Positions 17,543 to 28,143 of a stretch of DNA of 42,971 nt are shown one piece after another. The notes beneath the pieces are model-generated. The model had not been told where the DNA came from. It did no database searches and saw only the letters and a list, made by a program, of their open reading frames with translations. The position numbers and the translations under genes were made by a program. How positions within the stretch are numbered: the stretch's first letter is position 1; every line of letters starts with the position of its first letter. This DNA is from a virus (Duplodnaviria; Heunggongvirae; Uroviricota; Caudoviricetes). The stretch lies in IMG/VR virus record IMGVR_UViG_2579778686_000011; one strand, given 5' to 3'.

Positions 17543-18091
17543 ATGAAGGTTAATAAAAAGAGGCTTGCCGAAATTTTTAACGTGGACCCGCGGACGATTG
17601 AACGCTGGCAGTCTCAGGGGCTCCCTTGCGTCTCCAAAGGCAGTAAGGGCATTGAATCTGTATTTGATACTGCCATGGCAATTCAGTGGTATGCGCAGAG
17701 GGAAACTGATATCGAAAACGAAAAGCTCCGCAAAGAACTGGCCGATTTGCGTGCGGCAGCGGAGTCAGATTTACAACCCGGCACCATTGACTATGAACGC
17801 TACCGGCTCACAAAAGCGCAGGCAGATGCGCAGGAACTGAAAAATGCCCGTGAAGACGGAGTGGTGCTGGAAACTGAACTGTTTACCTTTATTCTGCAAC
17901 GTGTGGCACAGGAGATTTCGGGGATACTTGTGCGTGTGCCGTTGACATTACAGCGTAAATATCCGGACATTTCACCATCACACCTTGATGTGGTGAAAAC
18001 TGAAATCGCGAAAGCCTCCAATGTTGCAGCTAAGGCCGGTGAAAACGTGGGCGGGTGGATCGATGATTTCAGACGCACAGAAGGCAGCTAA
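17543..18091 (+). CDS. nu1: Terminase small subunit
   Basis: [28 protein letters not shown]...[47 protein letters not shown] is collinear with lambda gpNu1. Confidence 0.9.
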   Translation: MKVNKKRLAEIFNVDPRTIERWQSQGLPCVSKGSKGIESVFDTAMAIQWYAQRETDIENEKLRKELADLRAAAESDLQPGTIDYERYRLTKAQADAQELKNAREDGVVLETELFTFILQRVAQEISGILVRVPLTLQRKYPDISPSHLDVVKTEIAKASNVAAKAGENVGGWIDDFRRTEGS

Positions 18092-19991
18092 TGCAGCCGG
18101 TGCGATAGCTACAGGGCTTTTATCTCTCATTATTCCTGTTCCACTGACGACAGTTCAGTGGGCCAATAAACATTATTACCTTCCTAAAGAGTCGTCTTAT
18201 ACCCCGGGGCGGTGGGAAACACTGCCGTTTCAGGTTGGCATCATGAACTGTATGGGCAACGATTTGATTCGCACTGTTAACCTGATTAAATCTGCCCGTG
18301 TTGGTTATACAAAGATGTTGCTGGGAGTGGAGGCTTATTTTATTGAGCATAAATCACGCAACAGCCTTCTTTTTCAGCCCACGGACTCAGCTGCTGAAGA
18401 TTTTATGAAATCTCATGTTGAGCCAACGATAAGGGATGTTCCTGCATTGCTGGAGCTGGCTCCATGGTTCGGAAGAAAACACCGCGATAATACGCTCACC
18501 CTGAAGCGTTTTTCCTCCGGTGTGGGTTTCTGGTGTCTGGGGGGAGCGGCAGCAAAAAACTACCGTGAAAAATCCGTGGATGTGGTTTGTTATGACGAGC
18601 TTTCCTCGTTCGAACCGGATGTTGAAAAAGAGGGTTCGCCAACCCTGCTGGGGGATAAACGTATTGAGGGCTCTGTATGGCCAAAATCCATTCGCGGCTC
18701 GACGCCTAAAATCAAAGGCTCCTGCCAGATCGAAAAAGCCGCTAACGAGTCGGCACATTTCATGCGTTTTTATGTGCCCTGTCCGCACTGTGGGGAGGAG
18801 CAGTATCTGAAATTTGGCGATGATGCCTCGCCTTTCGGTCTTAAGTGGGAGAAGAATAAGCCAGAAAGTGTTTTCTACCTTTGTGAGCATCATGGCTGTG
18901 TGATCCATCAGTCTGAGCTTGACCAGAGTAACGGGCGGTGGATCTGTGAAAACACGGGCATGTGGACTCGTGACGGTCTGACATTTTTCAGCGCCGCGGA
19001 TAATGAAATTCCGCCGCCGCGCTCCATCACATTCCATATCTGGACGGCGTACAGTCCGTTCACCACCTGGGTACAGATTGTCTATGACTGGCTGGATGCA
19101 CTGAAAGATCCCAACGGCCTGAAAACCTTTGTGAACACCACGCTGGGCGAGACCTGGGAAGAGGCCGTGGGCGAAAAACTCGATCACCAGGTGCTGATGG
19201 ATAAGGTTGTGCGTTACACGGCTGCGGTGCCTTCCCGGGTGGTTTATCTGACGGCGGGCATTGACTCGCAGCGAAACCGTTTTGAGATGTATGTCTGGGG
19301 ATGGGCTCCGGGAGAGGAAGCCTTTCTGGTGGATAAAATCATCATTATGGGGCGTCCCGATGAGGAAGAGACGCTGTTACGTGTGGATGTGGCGATCAAC
19401 AAAAAATACCGCCATGCAGACGGAACCGAAATGACCATTTCCCGTGTCTGCTGGGACACCGGGGGGATCGATGGCGAAATTGTCTATCAGAGGTCAAAAA
19501 AACACGGTGTTTTCCGGGTGCTGCCGGTAAAAGGTGCATCTGTTTATGGCAAGCCGGTGATCACCATGCCAAAAACCCGCAATCAGCGGGGCGTGTATCT
19601 GTGCGAAGTGGGGACGGACACCGCAAAAGAAATTCTCTATGCCCGTATGAAAGCCGATCCCACGCCTGCGGATGAAGCCACGTCGTATGCCATCCGTTTT
19701 CCTGATGATCCGGAGATTTTTTCGCAGACAGAGGCGCAGCAACTGGTGGCGGAAGAGCTTGTGGAGAAGTGGGAAAAAGGAAAGATGCGTCTGCTGTGGG
19801 ATAACAAAAAGCGGCGTAACGAAGCGCTGGACTGCCTGGTGTATGCCTACGCGGCATTACGTGTGTCCGTGCAACGCTGGCAGCTTGATCTGGCTGTACT
19901 GGCAAAATCCCGGGAAGAAGAGACGACCCGGCCAACCCTTAAAGAACTGGCAGCGAAGCTGTCCGGAGGAGTGAATGGTTACAGTCGCTGA
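18063..19991 (+). CDS. A: Terminase large subunit
   Basis: Collinear with lambda gpA along its length ([48 protein letters not shown]); start overlaps the Nu1 3' end as in lambda. Confidence 0.92.
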   Translation: MISDAQKAANAAGAIATGLLSLIIPVPLTTVQWANKHYYLPKESSYTPGRWETLPFQVGIMNCMGNDLIRTVNLIKSARVGYTKMLLGVEAYFIEHKSRNSLLFQPTDSAAEDFMKSHVEPTIRDVPALLELAPWFGRKHRDNTLTLKRFSSGVGFWCLGGAAAKNYREKSVDVVCYDELSSFEPDVEKEGSPTLLGDKRIEGSVWPKSIRGSTPKIKGSCQIEKAANESAHFMRFYVPCPHCGEEQYLKFGDDASPFGLKWEKNKPESVFYLCEHHGCVIHQSELDQSNGRWICENTGMWTRDGLTFFSAADNEIPPPRSITFHIWTAYSPFTTWVQIVYDWLDALKDPNGLKTFVNTTLGETWEEAVGEKLDHQVLMDKVVRYTAAVPSRVVYLTAGIDSQRNRFEMYVWGWAPGEEAFLVDKIIIMGRPDEEETLLRVDVAINKKYRHADGTEMTISRVCWDTGGIDGEIVYQRSKKHGVFRVLPVKGASVYGKPVITMPKTRNQRGVYLCEVGTDTAKEILYARMKADPTPADEATSYAIRFPDDPEIFSQTEAQQLVAEELVEKWEKGKMRLLWDNKKRRNEALDCLVYAYAALRVSVQRWQLDLAVLAKSREEETTRPTLKELAAKLSGGVNGYSR

Positions 19992-20181
19992 ACTGCAGGC
20001 GCTGCGTCAGGCGCGCCTTGATTTATTAACCGGTAAACGGGTGGTGTCTGTTCAGAAAGATGGTCGCAGAATTGAATATACGGCAGCTTCTCTGGATGAG
20101 CTTAACCGGGCGATCAATGATGCGGAGTCGGTACTGGGGACAACCCGCCGTCGCCGTCGTCCGCTGGGAGTGAGGTTATGA
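19975..20181 (+). CDS. W: Head-tail joining protein W
   Basis: 68 aa with LLTGKRVVSVQKDGRRIEYTAASLDEL matching lambda gpW. Confidence 0.85.
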   Translation: MVTVAELQALRQARLDLLTGKRVVSVQKDGRRIEYTAASLDELNRAINDAESVLGTTRRRRRPLGVRL

Positions 20182-21770
20182 AACGAACGCCTGTCCTGAT
20201 TGATGTGAACGGCGTTCCGCTTCGGGAGAGCCTCAGCTACACCGGTGGCGGTGCAGGATTTGGCGGGCAAATGGCAGAGTGGTTGCCACCCTCGCAGAGT
20301 GCCGATGCGGCCCTGCTGCCCGCGTTGCGTCTGGGGAATGCCCGTGCAGATGATCTGGTGCGCAATAACGGAATAGCGGCCAATGCGGTGGCCCTGCATA
20401 AGGATCACATTGTCGGGCATATGTTTCTGATTAGCTACCGTCCGAACTGGCGCTGGCTGGGGATGCGGGAGACCGCGGCAAAAAGTTTTGTCGATGAGGT
20501 GGAGGCGGCCTGGTCAGAATACGCAGAAGGGATGTTTGGTGAGATCGACGTGGAAGGGAAACGCACGTTTACGGAATTTATCCGTGAAGGTGTGGGCGTT
20601 CATGCGTTTAACGGCGAAATCTTTGTGCAGCCGGTCTGGGATACGGAGAGTACGCAACTGTTTCGTACGCGTTTTAAAGCCGTGAGTCCGAAACGGGTGG
20701 ACACGCCAGGACACGGTATCGGGAACCGTTTTCTGCGGGCCGGTGTGGAGGTTGATCGATATGGCCGTGCCGTTGCGTACCATATCTGTGAGGATGATTT
20801 TCCTCGCTCCGGGAGTGGACGATGGGAACGGATCCCGCGTGAACTACCCACCGGGCGTCCGGCCATGCTGCATATTTTCGAGCCGGTGGAGGACGGGCAG
20901 ACCCGTGGAGCCAATCAGTTTTACAGCGTTATGGAACGGCTGAAGATGCTGGATTCCCTGCAGGCAACACAGCTTCAGTCGGCCATAGTGAAGGCGATGT
21001 ATGCAGCGACGATTGAAAGTGACCTTGATACCGAAAAGGCCTTTGAATATATCGCCGGTGCGCCGCAGGGGCAGAAGGATAATCCGCTTATTAATATTCT
21101 GGATAAGTTCTCCACCTGGTATGACACGAATAGCGTGACGCTGGGCGGTGTCAAAATTCCGCACCTTTTCCCCGGTGATGATCTGAAACTTCAGACCGCG
21201 CAGGATTCAGACAATGGATTTTCGGCGCTTGAACAGGCGCTGCTGCGGTATATCGCCGCCGGTCTTGGCGTTTCCTACGAACAGTTGTCCCGTGATTACT
21301 CGAAGGTCAGTTACTCAAGTGCCCGCGCATCCGCCAATGAGTCGTGGCGCTATTTTATGGGGCGGCGAAAATTTATTGCGTCCCGGCTGGCCACGCAGAT
21401 GTTTTCCTGCTGGCTGGAAGAGGCACTTCTTCGGGGGATTATTCGTCCGCCACGGGCACGGTTTGATTTTTATCAGGCGCGATCAGCCTGGTCACGGGCT
21501 GAGTGGATTGGAGCCGGAAGAATGGCCATTGACGGGCTCAAGGAGGTTCAGGAATCAGTGATGCGCATTGAGGCCGGACTGAGCACGTATGAGAAAGAGC
21601 TGGCGCTGATGGGCGAGGATTATCAGGACATTTTCCGCCAGCAGGTCAGGGAATCTGCAGAGCGGGAAAAAGCCGGACTCTCACGTCCGGTGTGGATAGC
21701 GCAGGCGTATCAGCAGCAGATAGCGGAGAGTCGCAGGCCGGAAGAGGAGACAACACCACGTGAGACGTAA
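20178..21770 (+). CDS. B: Portal protein
   Basis: 530 aa, position and sequence collinear with lambda gpB. Confidence 0.9.
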   Translation: MKRTPVLIDVNGVPLRESLSYTGGGAGFGGQMAEWLPPSQSADAALLPALRLGNARADDLVRNNGIAANAVALHKDHIVGHMFLISYRPNWRWLGMRETAAKSFVDEVEAAWSEYAEGMFGEIDVEGKRTFTEFIREGVGVHAFNGEIFVQPVWDTESTQLFRTRFKAVSPKRVDTPGHGIGNRFLRAGVEVDRYGRAVAYHICEDDFPRSGSGRWERIPRELPTGRPAMLHIFEPVEDGQTRGANQFYSVMERLKMLDSLQATQLQSAIVKAMYAATIESDLDTEKAFEYIAGAPQGQKDNPLINILDKFSTWYDTNSVTLGGVKIPHLFPGDDLKLQTAQDSDNGFSALEQALLRYIAAGLGVSYEQLSRDYSKVSYSSARASANESWRYFMGRRKFIASRLATQMFSCWLEEALLRGIIRPPRARFDFYQARSAWSRAEWIGAGRMAIDGLKEVQESVMRIEAGLSTYEKELALMGEDYQDIFRQQVRESAEREKAGLSRPVWIAQAYQQQIAESRRPEEETTPRET

Positions 21771-23265
21771 TCTTTCACACATTATTGCAGCAGCATTCAA
21801 TGAACCGCTGCTTCTGGAGCCCGCCTATGCGCGGGTTTTCTTTTGCGCGCTGGGGCGCGAGATGGGGGCAGCAAGTCTTTCGGTACCGCAACAGCAGGTA
21901 CAGCTTGATGCTCCCGGGATGCTGGCTGAAACGGACGAGTACATGGCCGGAGGTAAACGACCGGCCCGTGTTTACCGGGTGGTGAACGGTATTGCGGTAC
22001 TGCCGGTGACCGGCACGCTGGTGCACCGGCTGGGGGGGATGCGGCCATTTTCCGGAATGACTGGCTATGACGGCATTGTCGCCTGTCTTCAGCAGGCAAT
22101 GGCAGATAGCCAGGTGCGGGGCATACTGCTGGACATTGACAGTCCGGGCGGGCAGGCCGCCGGCGCGTTTGACTGCGCTGACATGATTTACCGCCTCCGG
22201 CAGCAGAAGCCGGTCTGGGCACTGTGTAATGACACGGCCTGTTCTGCGGCCATGCTGCTGGCGTCGGCCTGCTCCCGACGGCTGGTTACCCAGACATCCC
22301 GTATCGGTTCCATTGGCGTGATGATGAGCCATGTCAGCTATGCCGGTCATCTGGCGCAGGCCGGTGTGGATATCACGCTGATTTACTCAGGGGCGCACAA
22401 GGTGGATGGCAATCAGTTTGAAGCGTTGCCGGCAGAGGTTCGCCAGGACATGCAGCAGCGGATTGATGCGGCGCGCCGGATGTTTGCCGAAAAAGTGGCG
22501 ATGTTTACCGGTCTGTCTATTGATGCAGTCACGGGAACAGAGGCCGCTGTTTTTGAAGGTCAGTCCGGCATTGAGGCCGGGCTGGCGGATGAATTAATCA
22601 ATGCGTCGGATGCCATCAGTGTGATGGCCACGGCGCTGAACAGTAATGTCAGAGGAGGCACTATGCCGCAATTAACTGCAACGGAAGCCGCCGTGCAGGA
22701 GAACCAGCGAGTGATGGGGATCCTGACATGCCAGGAAGCGAAAGGACGTGAACAGCTTGCCACGATGCTGGCAGGGCAACAGGGCATGAGCGTTGAACAG
22801 GCCCGGGCGATTCTGGCCGCGGCGGCACCGCAGCAGCCGGTGGCATCCGCGCAGAGTGAAGCCGATCGCATTATGGCGTGTGAAGAAGCGAACGGTCGTG
22901 AACAACTGGCGGCAACGCTGGCGGCGATGCCGGAGATGACGGTGGAAAAAGCCCGCCCGATCCTGGCGGCTGCACCACTGGCGGATGCCGGGCCCTCACT
23001 TCGTGATCAGATCATGGCCCTGGATGAGGCAAAAGGGGCAGAAGCGCAGGCTGAAAAACTGGCGGCCTGCCCGGGAATGACCGTGGAGAGCGCCCGGGCT
23101 GTGCTGGCTGCGGGATCAGGTAAGGCAGAACCGGTCTCTGCATCCACAACCGCCCTGTTTGAACATTTCATGGCGAACCATTCACCGGCTGCGGTCCAGG
23201 GGGGCGTGTCACAGGCGTCAGAAGACGGTGATGCGGACGTGAAAATGCTCATGGCCATGCCATGA
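21760..23265 (+). CDS. C: Head maturation protease C (S49 family) with in-frame Nu3-like scaffold region
   Basis: N-terminal AAFNEPLLLEPAYARVFFCAL and VTQTSRIGSIGVMMSH match lambda gpC; the C-terminal part carries three tandem copies of the Nu3-type motif. Confidence 0.88.
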   Translation: MRRNLSHIIAAAFNEPLLLEPAYARVFFCALGREMGAASLSVPQQQVQLDAPGMLAETDEYMAGGKRPARVYRVVNGIAVLPVTGTLVHRLGGMRPFSGMTGYDGIVACLQQAMADSQVRGILLDIDSPGGQAAGAFDCADMIYRLRQQKPVWALCNDTACSAAMLLASACSRRLVTQTSRIGSIGVMMSHVSYAGHLAQAGVDITLIYSGAHKVDGNQFEALPAEVRQDMQQRIDAARRMFAEKVAMFTGLSIDAVTGTEAAVFEGQSGIEAGLADELINASDAISVMATALNSNVRGGTMPQLTATEAAVQENQRVMGILTCQEAKGREQLATMLAGQQGMSVEQARAILAAAAPQQPVASAQSEADRIMACEEANGREQLAATLAAMPEMTVEKARPILAAAPLADAGPSLRDQIMALDEAKGAEAQAEKLAACPGMTVESARAVLAAGSGKAEPVSASTTALFEHFMANHSPAAVQGGVSQASEDGDADVKMLMAMP

Positions 23266-23301
23266 AGTCAGTGCTGAACATCAATACGAGGTTTTAACAA
23301 T

Positions 23302-23649
23302 ATGGTGACGAAAACCATCACTGAACAGCGTGCGGAAGTACGTATTTTTGCCGGTAATGATCCGGCTCACACCGCCACAGGCAGCAGCGGGATTTCCTCG
23401 GCAACACCGGCACTGACACCCCTGATGCTGGATGGGGCCACCGGGAAACTGGTGGTCTGGGACGGACAGAAAGCCGGTAGTGCGGTTGGCATACTGGTAC
23501 TGCCGCTTGAAGGCACAGAGGCGGTGCTGACCTATTACAAGTCGGGGACCTTTGCGACGGAGGCAATCCGCTGGCCTGAAAGTGTGGATGAACACAAAAA
23601 GGCCAACGCCTTTACCGGCAGTGCCCTGAGTCACGCGGCGCTGCCGTAA
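23302..23649 (+). CDS. D: Head decoration protein D
   Basis: NDPAHTATG...TPLMLD...KLVVWDG...AVGILV...YYKSGTF collinear with lambda gpD. Confidence 0.88.
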   Translation: MVTKTITEQRAEVRIFAGNDPAHTATGSSGISSATPALTPLMLDGATGKLVVWDGQKAGSAVGILVLPLEGTEAVLTYYKSGTFATEAIRWPESVDEHKKANAFTGSALSHAALP

Positions 23650-23706
23650 CACGTTATCAGGCCACCGCGTTGGCCTGACTGATTTCTTAATGAAAGGAAC
23701 TGATTT

Positions 23707-24735
23707 ATGGGATTGTTTACGACCCGCCAGTTACTCGGTTATACCGAACAAAAAGTTAAATTCCGTGCGCTGTTTCTGGAGCTGTTTTTCCGCCGTACGG
23801 TGAATTTCCACACCGAAGAGGTGATGCTGGACAAAATTACCGGAAAAACGCCGGTGGCGGCCTATGTCTCCCCGATCGTTGAAGGAAAAGTGCTTCGCCA
23901 TCGCGGTGGTGAAACCCGCGTGTTACGTCCGGGCTACGTCAAGCCCAAACACGAATTTAATTACCAGCAGGCGGTTGAGCGCCTTCCTGGTGAAGATCCG
24001 GCTCAGCTGAACGACCCGGCCTACCGTCGTCTGCGTATCATTACCGATAACCTCAAACAGGAAGAGCACGCCATTGTCCAGGTGGAAGAAATGCAGGCGG
24101 TGAATGCCGTGCTGTATGGCAAATACACCATGGAAGGGGAACAGTTTGACACGGTCGAGGTGGATTTCGGACGCTCTGAAGGAAATAACATTGAGCAGGC
24201 CGACGGTAAAAAATGGTCTGAGCAGGACCGTGATACGTTTGATCCGACGCATGATATTGACCTTTACTGCGATCAGGCCAGCGGTCTTGTGAATATTGCC
24301 ATTATGGACGGTACGGTCTGGCGTCTGCTGAATGGCTTTAAGCTGTTCCGCGAAAAACTGGATACCCGTCGCGGCTCAAATTCACAACTCGAAACGGCAG
24401 TGAAAGACCTGGGAGCGGTGGTGTCTTTCAAAGGGTATTACGGTGATCTGGCCATTGTGGTGGCGAAAACGTCTTATGTGGCAGACGACGGTACCGAAAA
24501 ACGTTATCTGCCGGTGGGCACACTGGTCCTGGGGAATACGGCAGCAGAGGGCATTCGTTGCTATGGTGCCATTCAGGATGCGCAGGCGTTGTCCGAAGGT
24601 GTGGTGGCCTCTTCCCGTTATCCGAAACACTGGCTGACTGTGGGCGATCCGGCCCGTGAATTCACCATGACGCAGTCCGCACCGCTGATGGTGCTGCCGG
24701 ATCCGGATGAGTTTGTGGTGGTGCAGGTGAAATAA
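23707..24735 (+). CDS. E: Major capsid protein E
   Basis: 342 aa; YVSPIV, PGYVKPKHE, DTRRGSNSQLETAVKDLG and TVGDPAREFTMTQSAPLM match lambda gpE. Confidence 0.92.
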   Translation: MGLFTTRQLLGYTEQKVKFRALFLELFFRRTVNFHTEEVMLDKITGKTPVAAYVSPIVEGKVLRHRGGETRVLRPGYVKPKHEFNYQQAVERLPGEDPAQLNDPAYRRLRIITDNLKQEEHAIVQVEEMQAVNAVLYGKYTMEGEQFDTVEVDFGRSEGNNIEQADGKKWSEQDRDTFDPTHDIDLYCDQASGLVNIAIMDGTVWRLLNGFKLFREKLDTRRGSNSQLETAVKDLGAVVSFKGYYGDLAIVVAKTSYVADDGTEKRYLPVGTLVLGNTAAEGIRCYGAIQDAQALSEGVVASSRYPKHWLTVGDPAREFTMTQSAPLMVLPDPDEFVVVQVK

Positions 24736-24786
24736 TCCGTGAGCGGGGGCGAAATGCCCCCGTGTCTTTTTTCACAGGAGGCTGAG

Positions 24787-25170
24787 ATGGCAACAAAAGA
24801 AGAAAATCTGAATCGTCTTCGTCAACTGGCTGGCCTGCTGGGGCGCGAGGCGGATATGTCGGGGAGTGCTGCGGATATTGCGCAACGTGTGTCTGAGTGG
24901 GAAGAGGAGCTTGCTGTTTCCCCGGAGGGCATTATGCACTCTGATGAGAGCGGGGCTGATCAAAATCACACAGACGATGGTGAGCAGTTGAACAACACGG
25001 ATGCTCCGGATGATGTTAAAGCCGTCCGGGTACGGAAGTGCCTGCAAGTAATGGGGTATTGCCCGGAGACAGGTCGTCCCGTTGAGCTGGCGTTACGGGG
25101 TATGCGTGTTCTGGTGCCATCATCACTGGCAACGGCCATGATACAGCACGGAACGGCTGAATATGCGTGA
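24787..25170 (+). CDS. FI: DNA packaging protein FI
   Basis: Position between E and FII; AGGAGG RBS before ATG 24787; acidic central region as in lambda FI. Confidence 0.7.
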   Translation: MATKEENLNRLRQLAGLLGREADMSGSAADIAQRVSEWEEELAVSPEGIMHSDESGADQNHTDDGEQLNNTDAPDDVKAVRVRKCLQVMGYCPETGRPVELALRGMRVLVPSSLATAMIQHGTAEYA

Positions 25171-25516
25171 TTTTCAGAATGCCTTTGATGCTGCCCTCGC
25201 CGGGGTAGACAGTACGATCGTTGAAGTGATGGGACTCTGTGCGCAGTTCACCTCGGGGGCACAGTGTGGCAGCGAAGTTCAGGGGGTTTTTGACGATCCG
25301 GAGTCGCTGGGGTTTGCCGGTGGCGGGGTCCGTATTGAAGGAAGCTGCCCGTCATTATTTGTGCGGACGGATACGGTTCGTGCCGTGCGGCGTGGTGACA
25401 CGCTGACCATTAATGGTGAGACATTCTGGGTGGATCGTGTTTCTCCGGATGACGGGGGCAGCTGTTATCTCTGGCTCAACCGTGGGCAACCACCCGCAGT
25501 TAACCGGCGACGATAA
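25163..25516 (+). CDS. FII: Head-tail connector FII
   Basis: 117 aa; ...TLTINGETFWVDRVSPDDGGSCYLWLNRGQPPAVNRRR matches the lambda gpFII C-terminus. Confidence 0.88.
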   Translation: MRDFQNAFDAALAGVDSTIVEVMGLCAQFTSGAQCGSEVQGVFDDPESLGFAGGGVRIEGSCPSLFVRTDTVRAVRRGDTLTINGETFWVDRVSPDDGGSCYLWLNRGQPPAVNRRR

Positions 25517-25530
25517 ACGCAGGGTGAATT

Positions 25531-26106
25531 ATGGCGATAAAAGGGCTTGATCAGGCGATTGACAATCTGAGCCGGGTTCGTAAAAACGCCATTCCGGCTG
25601 CTTCTGCAATGACCATTAACCGCGTGGCCATAACGGCGATTAATCAGTCTTCGTCACAGGTTGCCCGGGAAACCAGGGTGAGACGGAAACTGGTAAAGGA
25701 ACGGTCCAGACTGAAACGGGCGACGGTCAGAAATCCGAATGCCAGAATTATCGTTAACCGCGGTGATCTCCCTGTGATTAAGCTGGGGATCAGAATGCTG
25801 GGGCGTCGTCCGAACAGCATACTCAAAGCCGGTCAGCATCGTTATCAGCGGGCATTTATCCAGCGATTAAATAATGGGCGCTGGCATGTTATGCAACGTC
25901 TTCCCCAGGCCAGATATGAGGAGGGCAATGACGACAAGGGAAGGAAAAAGCGTAATCGCCTTCCCATTCAGGTGGTGAAAATCCCGATGGCGGCCCCACT
26001 GAAACAGGCATTTGATGAGAATGTTGACCGTATCCGGCGTGAACGCCTGCCTAAAGAACTGGCATACGCGCTGAAACAACAACTGAGGATTGCGATAAAA
26101 CGATGA
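25531..26106 (+). CDS. Z: Tail completion protein Z
   Basis: MAIKGLDQAIDNLSR...[23 protein letters not shown] collinear with lambda gpZ. Confidence 0.88.
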   Translation: MAIKGLDQAIDNLSRVRKNAIPAASAMTINRVAITAINQSSSQVARETRVRRKLVKERSRLKRATVRNPNARIIVNRGDLPVIKLGIRMLGRRPNSILKAGQHRYQRAFIQRLNNGRWHVMQRLPQARYEEGNDDKGRKKRNRLPIQVVKIPMAAPLKQAFDENVDRIRRERLPKELAYALKQQLRIAIKR

Positions 26107-26498
26107 AACACACTGACATTCGTGCCGCAGTGCTGGATGCACTCGAGCAGCATGAACACGGGGCGACGCTGTTTGATGGTCGCCCCGTTGTTTTTGACGA
26201 AGAGGATTTTCCTGCGATCGCGGTTTATCTGACGGATGCAGAGTATACCGGTGAAGAGCTGGATGCAGATACCTGGCGGGCCACGCTGCACATTGAGGTG
26301 TTTTTACCGGCACAGGTACCGGATTCAGAGCTTGATCAGTGGATGGAAAGCCGGATTTACCCGGCGATGACCGCGATCCCGGCACTGGCAGGACTGATTA
26401 CCACGATGGTTACGCAGGGCTATGAGTATCGTCGTGATGACGATATGGCGTTATGGAGTTCTGCAGATCTGACTTATTCCATTACATACGAGATGTGA
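26103..26498 (+). CDS. U: Tail terminator U
   Basis: 131 aa, near-identical in motif order to lambda gpU ([15 protein letters not shown] ... LTYSITYEM). Confidence 0.9.
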   Translation: MKHTDIRAAVLDALEQHEHGATLFDGRPVVFDEEDFPAIAVYLTDAEYTGEELDADTWRATLHIEVFLPAQVPDSELDQWMESRIYPAMTAIPALAGLITTMVTQGYEYRRDDDMALWSSADLTYSITYEM

Positions 26499-26505
26499 GG
26501 ACGAT

Positions 26506-27258
26506 ATGGCAACACCAAATCCCCTTGAGCCGGTAAAAGGTGCCGGTACCACTCTGTGGGTTTACAACGGCAAGGGTGATGCTTATGCAAACCCGTTGTC
26601 AGACGATGACTGGCAGCGACTGGCTAAGGTGAAGGATCTGACGCCGGGCGAGATGACGGCAGAATCCTACGATGATAACTACCTGGATGATGAAGACGCG
26701 GACTGGACCGCGACCGGGCAGGGGCAGAAATCTGCAGGTGATACCAGTTTTACGCTGGCCTGGAAACCGGGAGAGGAAGGCCAGAAAGGGCTTATAGGCT
26801 GGTTTGAAAGCGGCGATGTCCGGGCCTATAAAATCCGTTTTCCGAATGGCACGGTGGATGTGTTTCGTGGCTGGGTCAGCAGTATCGGTAAGGCCGTGAC
26901 GGCGAAAGAAGTGATCACCCGCACGGTGAAAGTCACTAACGTGGGTAAACCTTCTGTAGCGGAAGAACGCAGCAAAATTACGCCGGTCAGTGCGATTAAG
27001 GTGACGCCGACATCCGGTACGGTGGCAAAAGGGAAAACAACCACCCTGACGGTTTCTTTTGAGCCGGAAAGTGCAACCGACAAGACGTTCAGAGCGGTTT
27101 CCGCCGATCCGTCGAAAGCCACCATTAGTGTGAAAGATATGACAATTACGGTAAACGGCGTGGCGACAGGTAAGGTGCAGATCCCTGTGGTGAGCGGAAA
27201 TGGTCAGTTCGCCGCAGTGGCTGAAGTCACCGTTACTGAAGCGGGCGCTGCAGGGTAA
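26506..27258 (+). CDS. V: Major tail tube protein V
   Basis: [16 protein letters not shown]...[38 protein letters not shown] collinear with lambda gpV, including the C-terminal Ig-like region. Confidence 0.92.
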   Translation: MATPNPLEPVKGAGTTLWVYNGKGDAYANPLSDDDWQRLAKVKDLTPGEMTAESYDDNYLDDEDADWTATGQGQKSAGDTSFTLAWKPGEEGQKGLIGWFESGDVRAYKIRFPNGTVDVFRGWVSSIGKAVTAKEVITRTVKVTNVGKPSVAEERSKITPVSAIKVTPTSGTVAKGKTTTLTVSFEPESATDKTFRAVSADPSKATISVKDMTITVNGVATGKVQIPVVSGNGQFAAVAEVTVTEAGAAG

Positions 27259-27271
27259 ACGGAGGTAATAC

Positions 27272-27703
27272 ATGTTTCTGAAAACAGAACAATTTGAATA
27301 TAACGGTGTGTCTGTCACGCTTTCCGAATTGTCTGCGCTGCAGCGTATCGAGCATCTTGCCCTCCTGAAACGGCGTGCAGAACAGGCAGAATCCTGCGGC
27401 AACCTGCAGGTAAGCGTGGAAGATCTCGTCAGAACCGGCGCGTTTCTGGTGGCGATGTCCCTGTGGCATAACCATCCACAGAAAACGCAGTCACCGTCAA
27501 TGAATGAGGCCGTGATGAAGATAGAGCAGGAAGTGCTCACCACCTGGCCTGCCGATGCCATTGCCCGGGCGGAAGACGTGGTGTTGTGCCTGTCCGGGAT
27601 GATCGAAGCTGTTCGTCCGGATACTGATATTACTGAAGTGGCGAAAAATAACACGCTGACTGATGATGATTTTTCTGCGGGAAAGTCTTCGACGGCGAGC
27701 TGA
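27272..27703 (+). CDS. G: Tail assembly chaperone G
   Basis: MFLKTEQFEYNGVSVTLSELSALQRIEHLALLKRRAEQAES matches lambda gpG; slippery heptamer near the 3' end. Confidence 0.88.
   Translation: MFLKTEQFEYNGVSVTLSELSALQRIEHLALLKRRAEQAESCGNLQVSVEDLVRTGAFLVAMSLWHNHPQKTQSPSMNEAVMKIEQEVLTTWPADAIARAEDVVLCLSGMIEAVRPDTDITEVAKNNTLTDDDFSAGKSSTAS
27679..27685 (+). promoter_or_regulatory. -1 programmed ribosomal frameshift slippery site G GGA AAG (G to G-T)
   Basis: Heptamer GGGAAAG lies in the G zero frame as G.GGA.AAG; the downstream T frame (27730..28143) is the -1 frame. Confidence 0.75.
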
Positions 27704-28143
27704 ACTTTGCCCTCAGACTGGCGCGTGAGATGGGGAGACCCGACTGGCGCGCCATGCTTGCCGGGATGACATCCACCGAATATGCCGACTGGCACCGTTT
27801 TTACCGCACGCATTATTTTCAGGATACCCAGCTGGATATGCATTTTTCCGGGCTGACGTACGCTGTACTCAGCCTGTTTTTTTGCGATCCGGATATGCAT
27901 CCCTCTGATTTCAGTCTGCTTGTCCCCCGGCATGAGGAAGAGCAGGTGGAGAGGCCGGATGAGGACAAAATGCTGATGCAGAAAGCGGCAGGACTTGCCG
28001 GAGGCGTCCGGTTCGGTGGGGACGGAGGGCGCGATATTTTATCGTCTGCGGATGTGGCGGATGTCATGGTGGATGATGCCGCATTAATGATGGCTTCAGC
28101 GGGGATTCCGGGAGGTGTGAGATATGTCCCAGCCGGTTGGTGA
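27685..28143 (+). CDS. T: T portion of the G-T fusion chaperone (expressed via -1 frameshift from G)
   Basis: -1 frame open from the slippery site to 28143, overlapping the H start as in lambda. Confidence 0.75.
   Translation, partial: VFDGELNFALRLAREMGRPDWRAMLAGMTSTEYADWHRFYRTHYFQDTQLDMHFSGLTYAVLSLFFCDPDMHPSDFSLLVPRHEEEQVERPDEDKMLMQKAAGLAGGVRFGGDGGRDILSSADVADVMVDDAALMMASAGIPGGVRYVPAGW

Noticed and set aside
18387-19187. 266 aa minus-strand ORF inside the terminase large subunit gene
   Set aside because: Antisense to a confidently identified gene; no RBS or motif support.
26599-27933. 444 aa minus-strand ORF across V, G and T
   Set aside because: Lies antisense to genes with clear lambda homology; a long open antisense frame is a common artefact in high-GC coding DNA.
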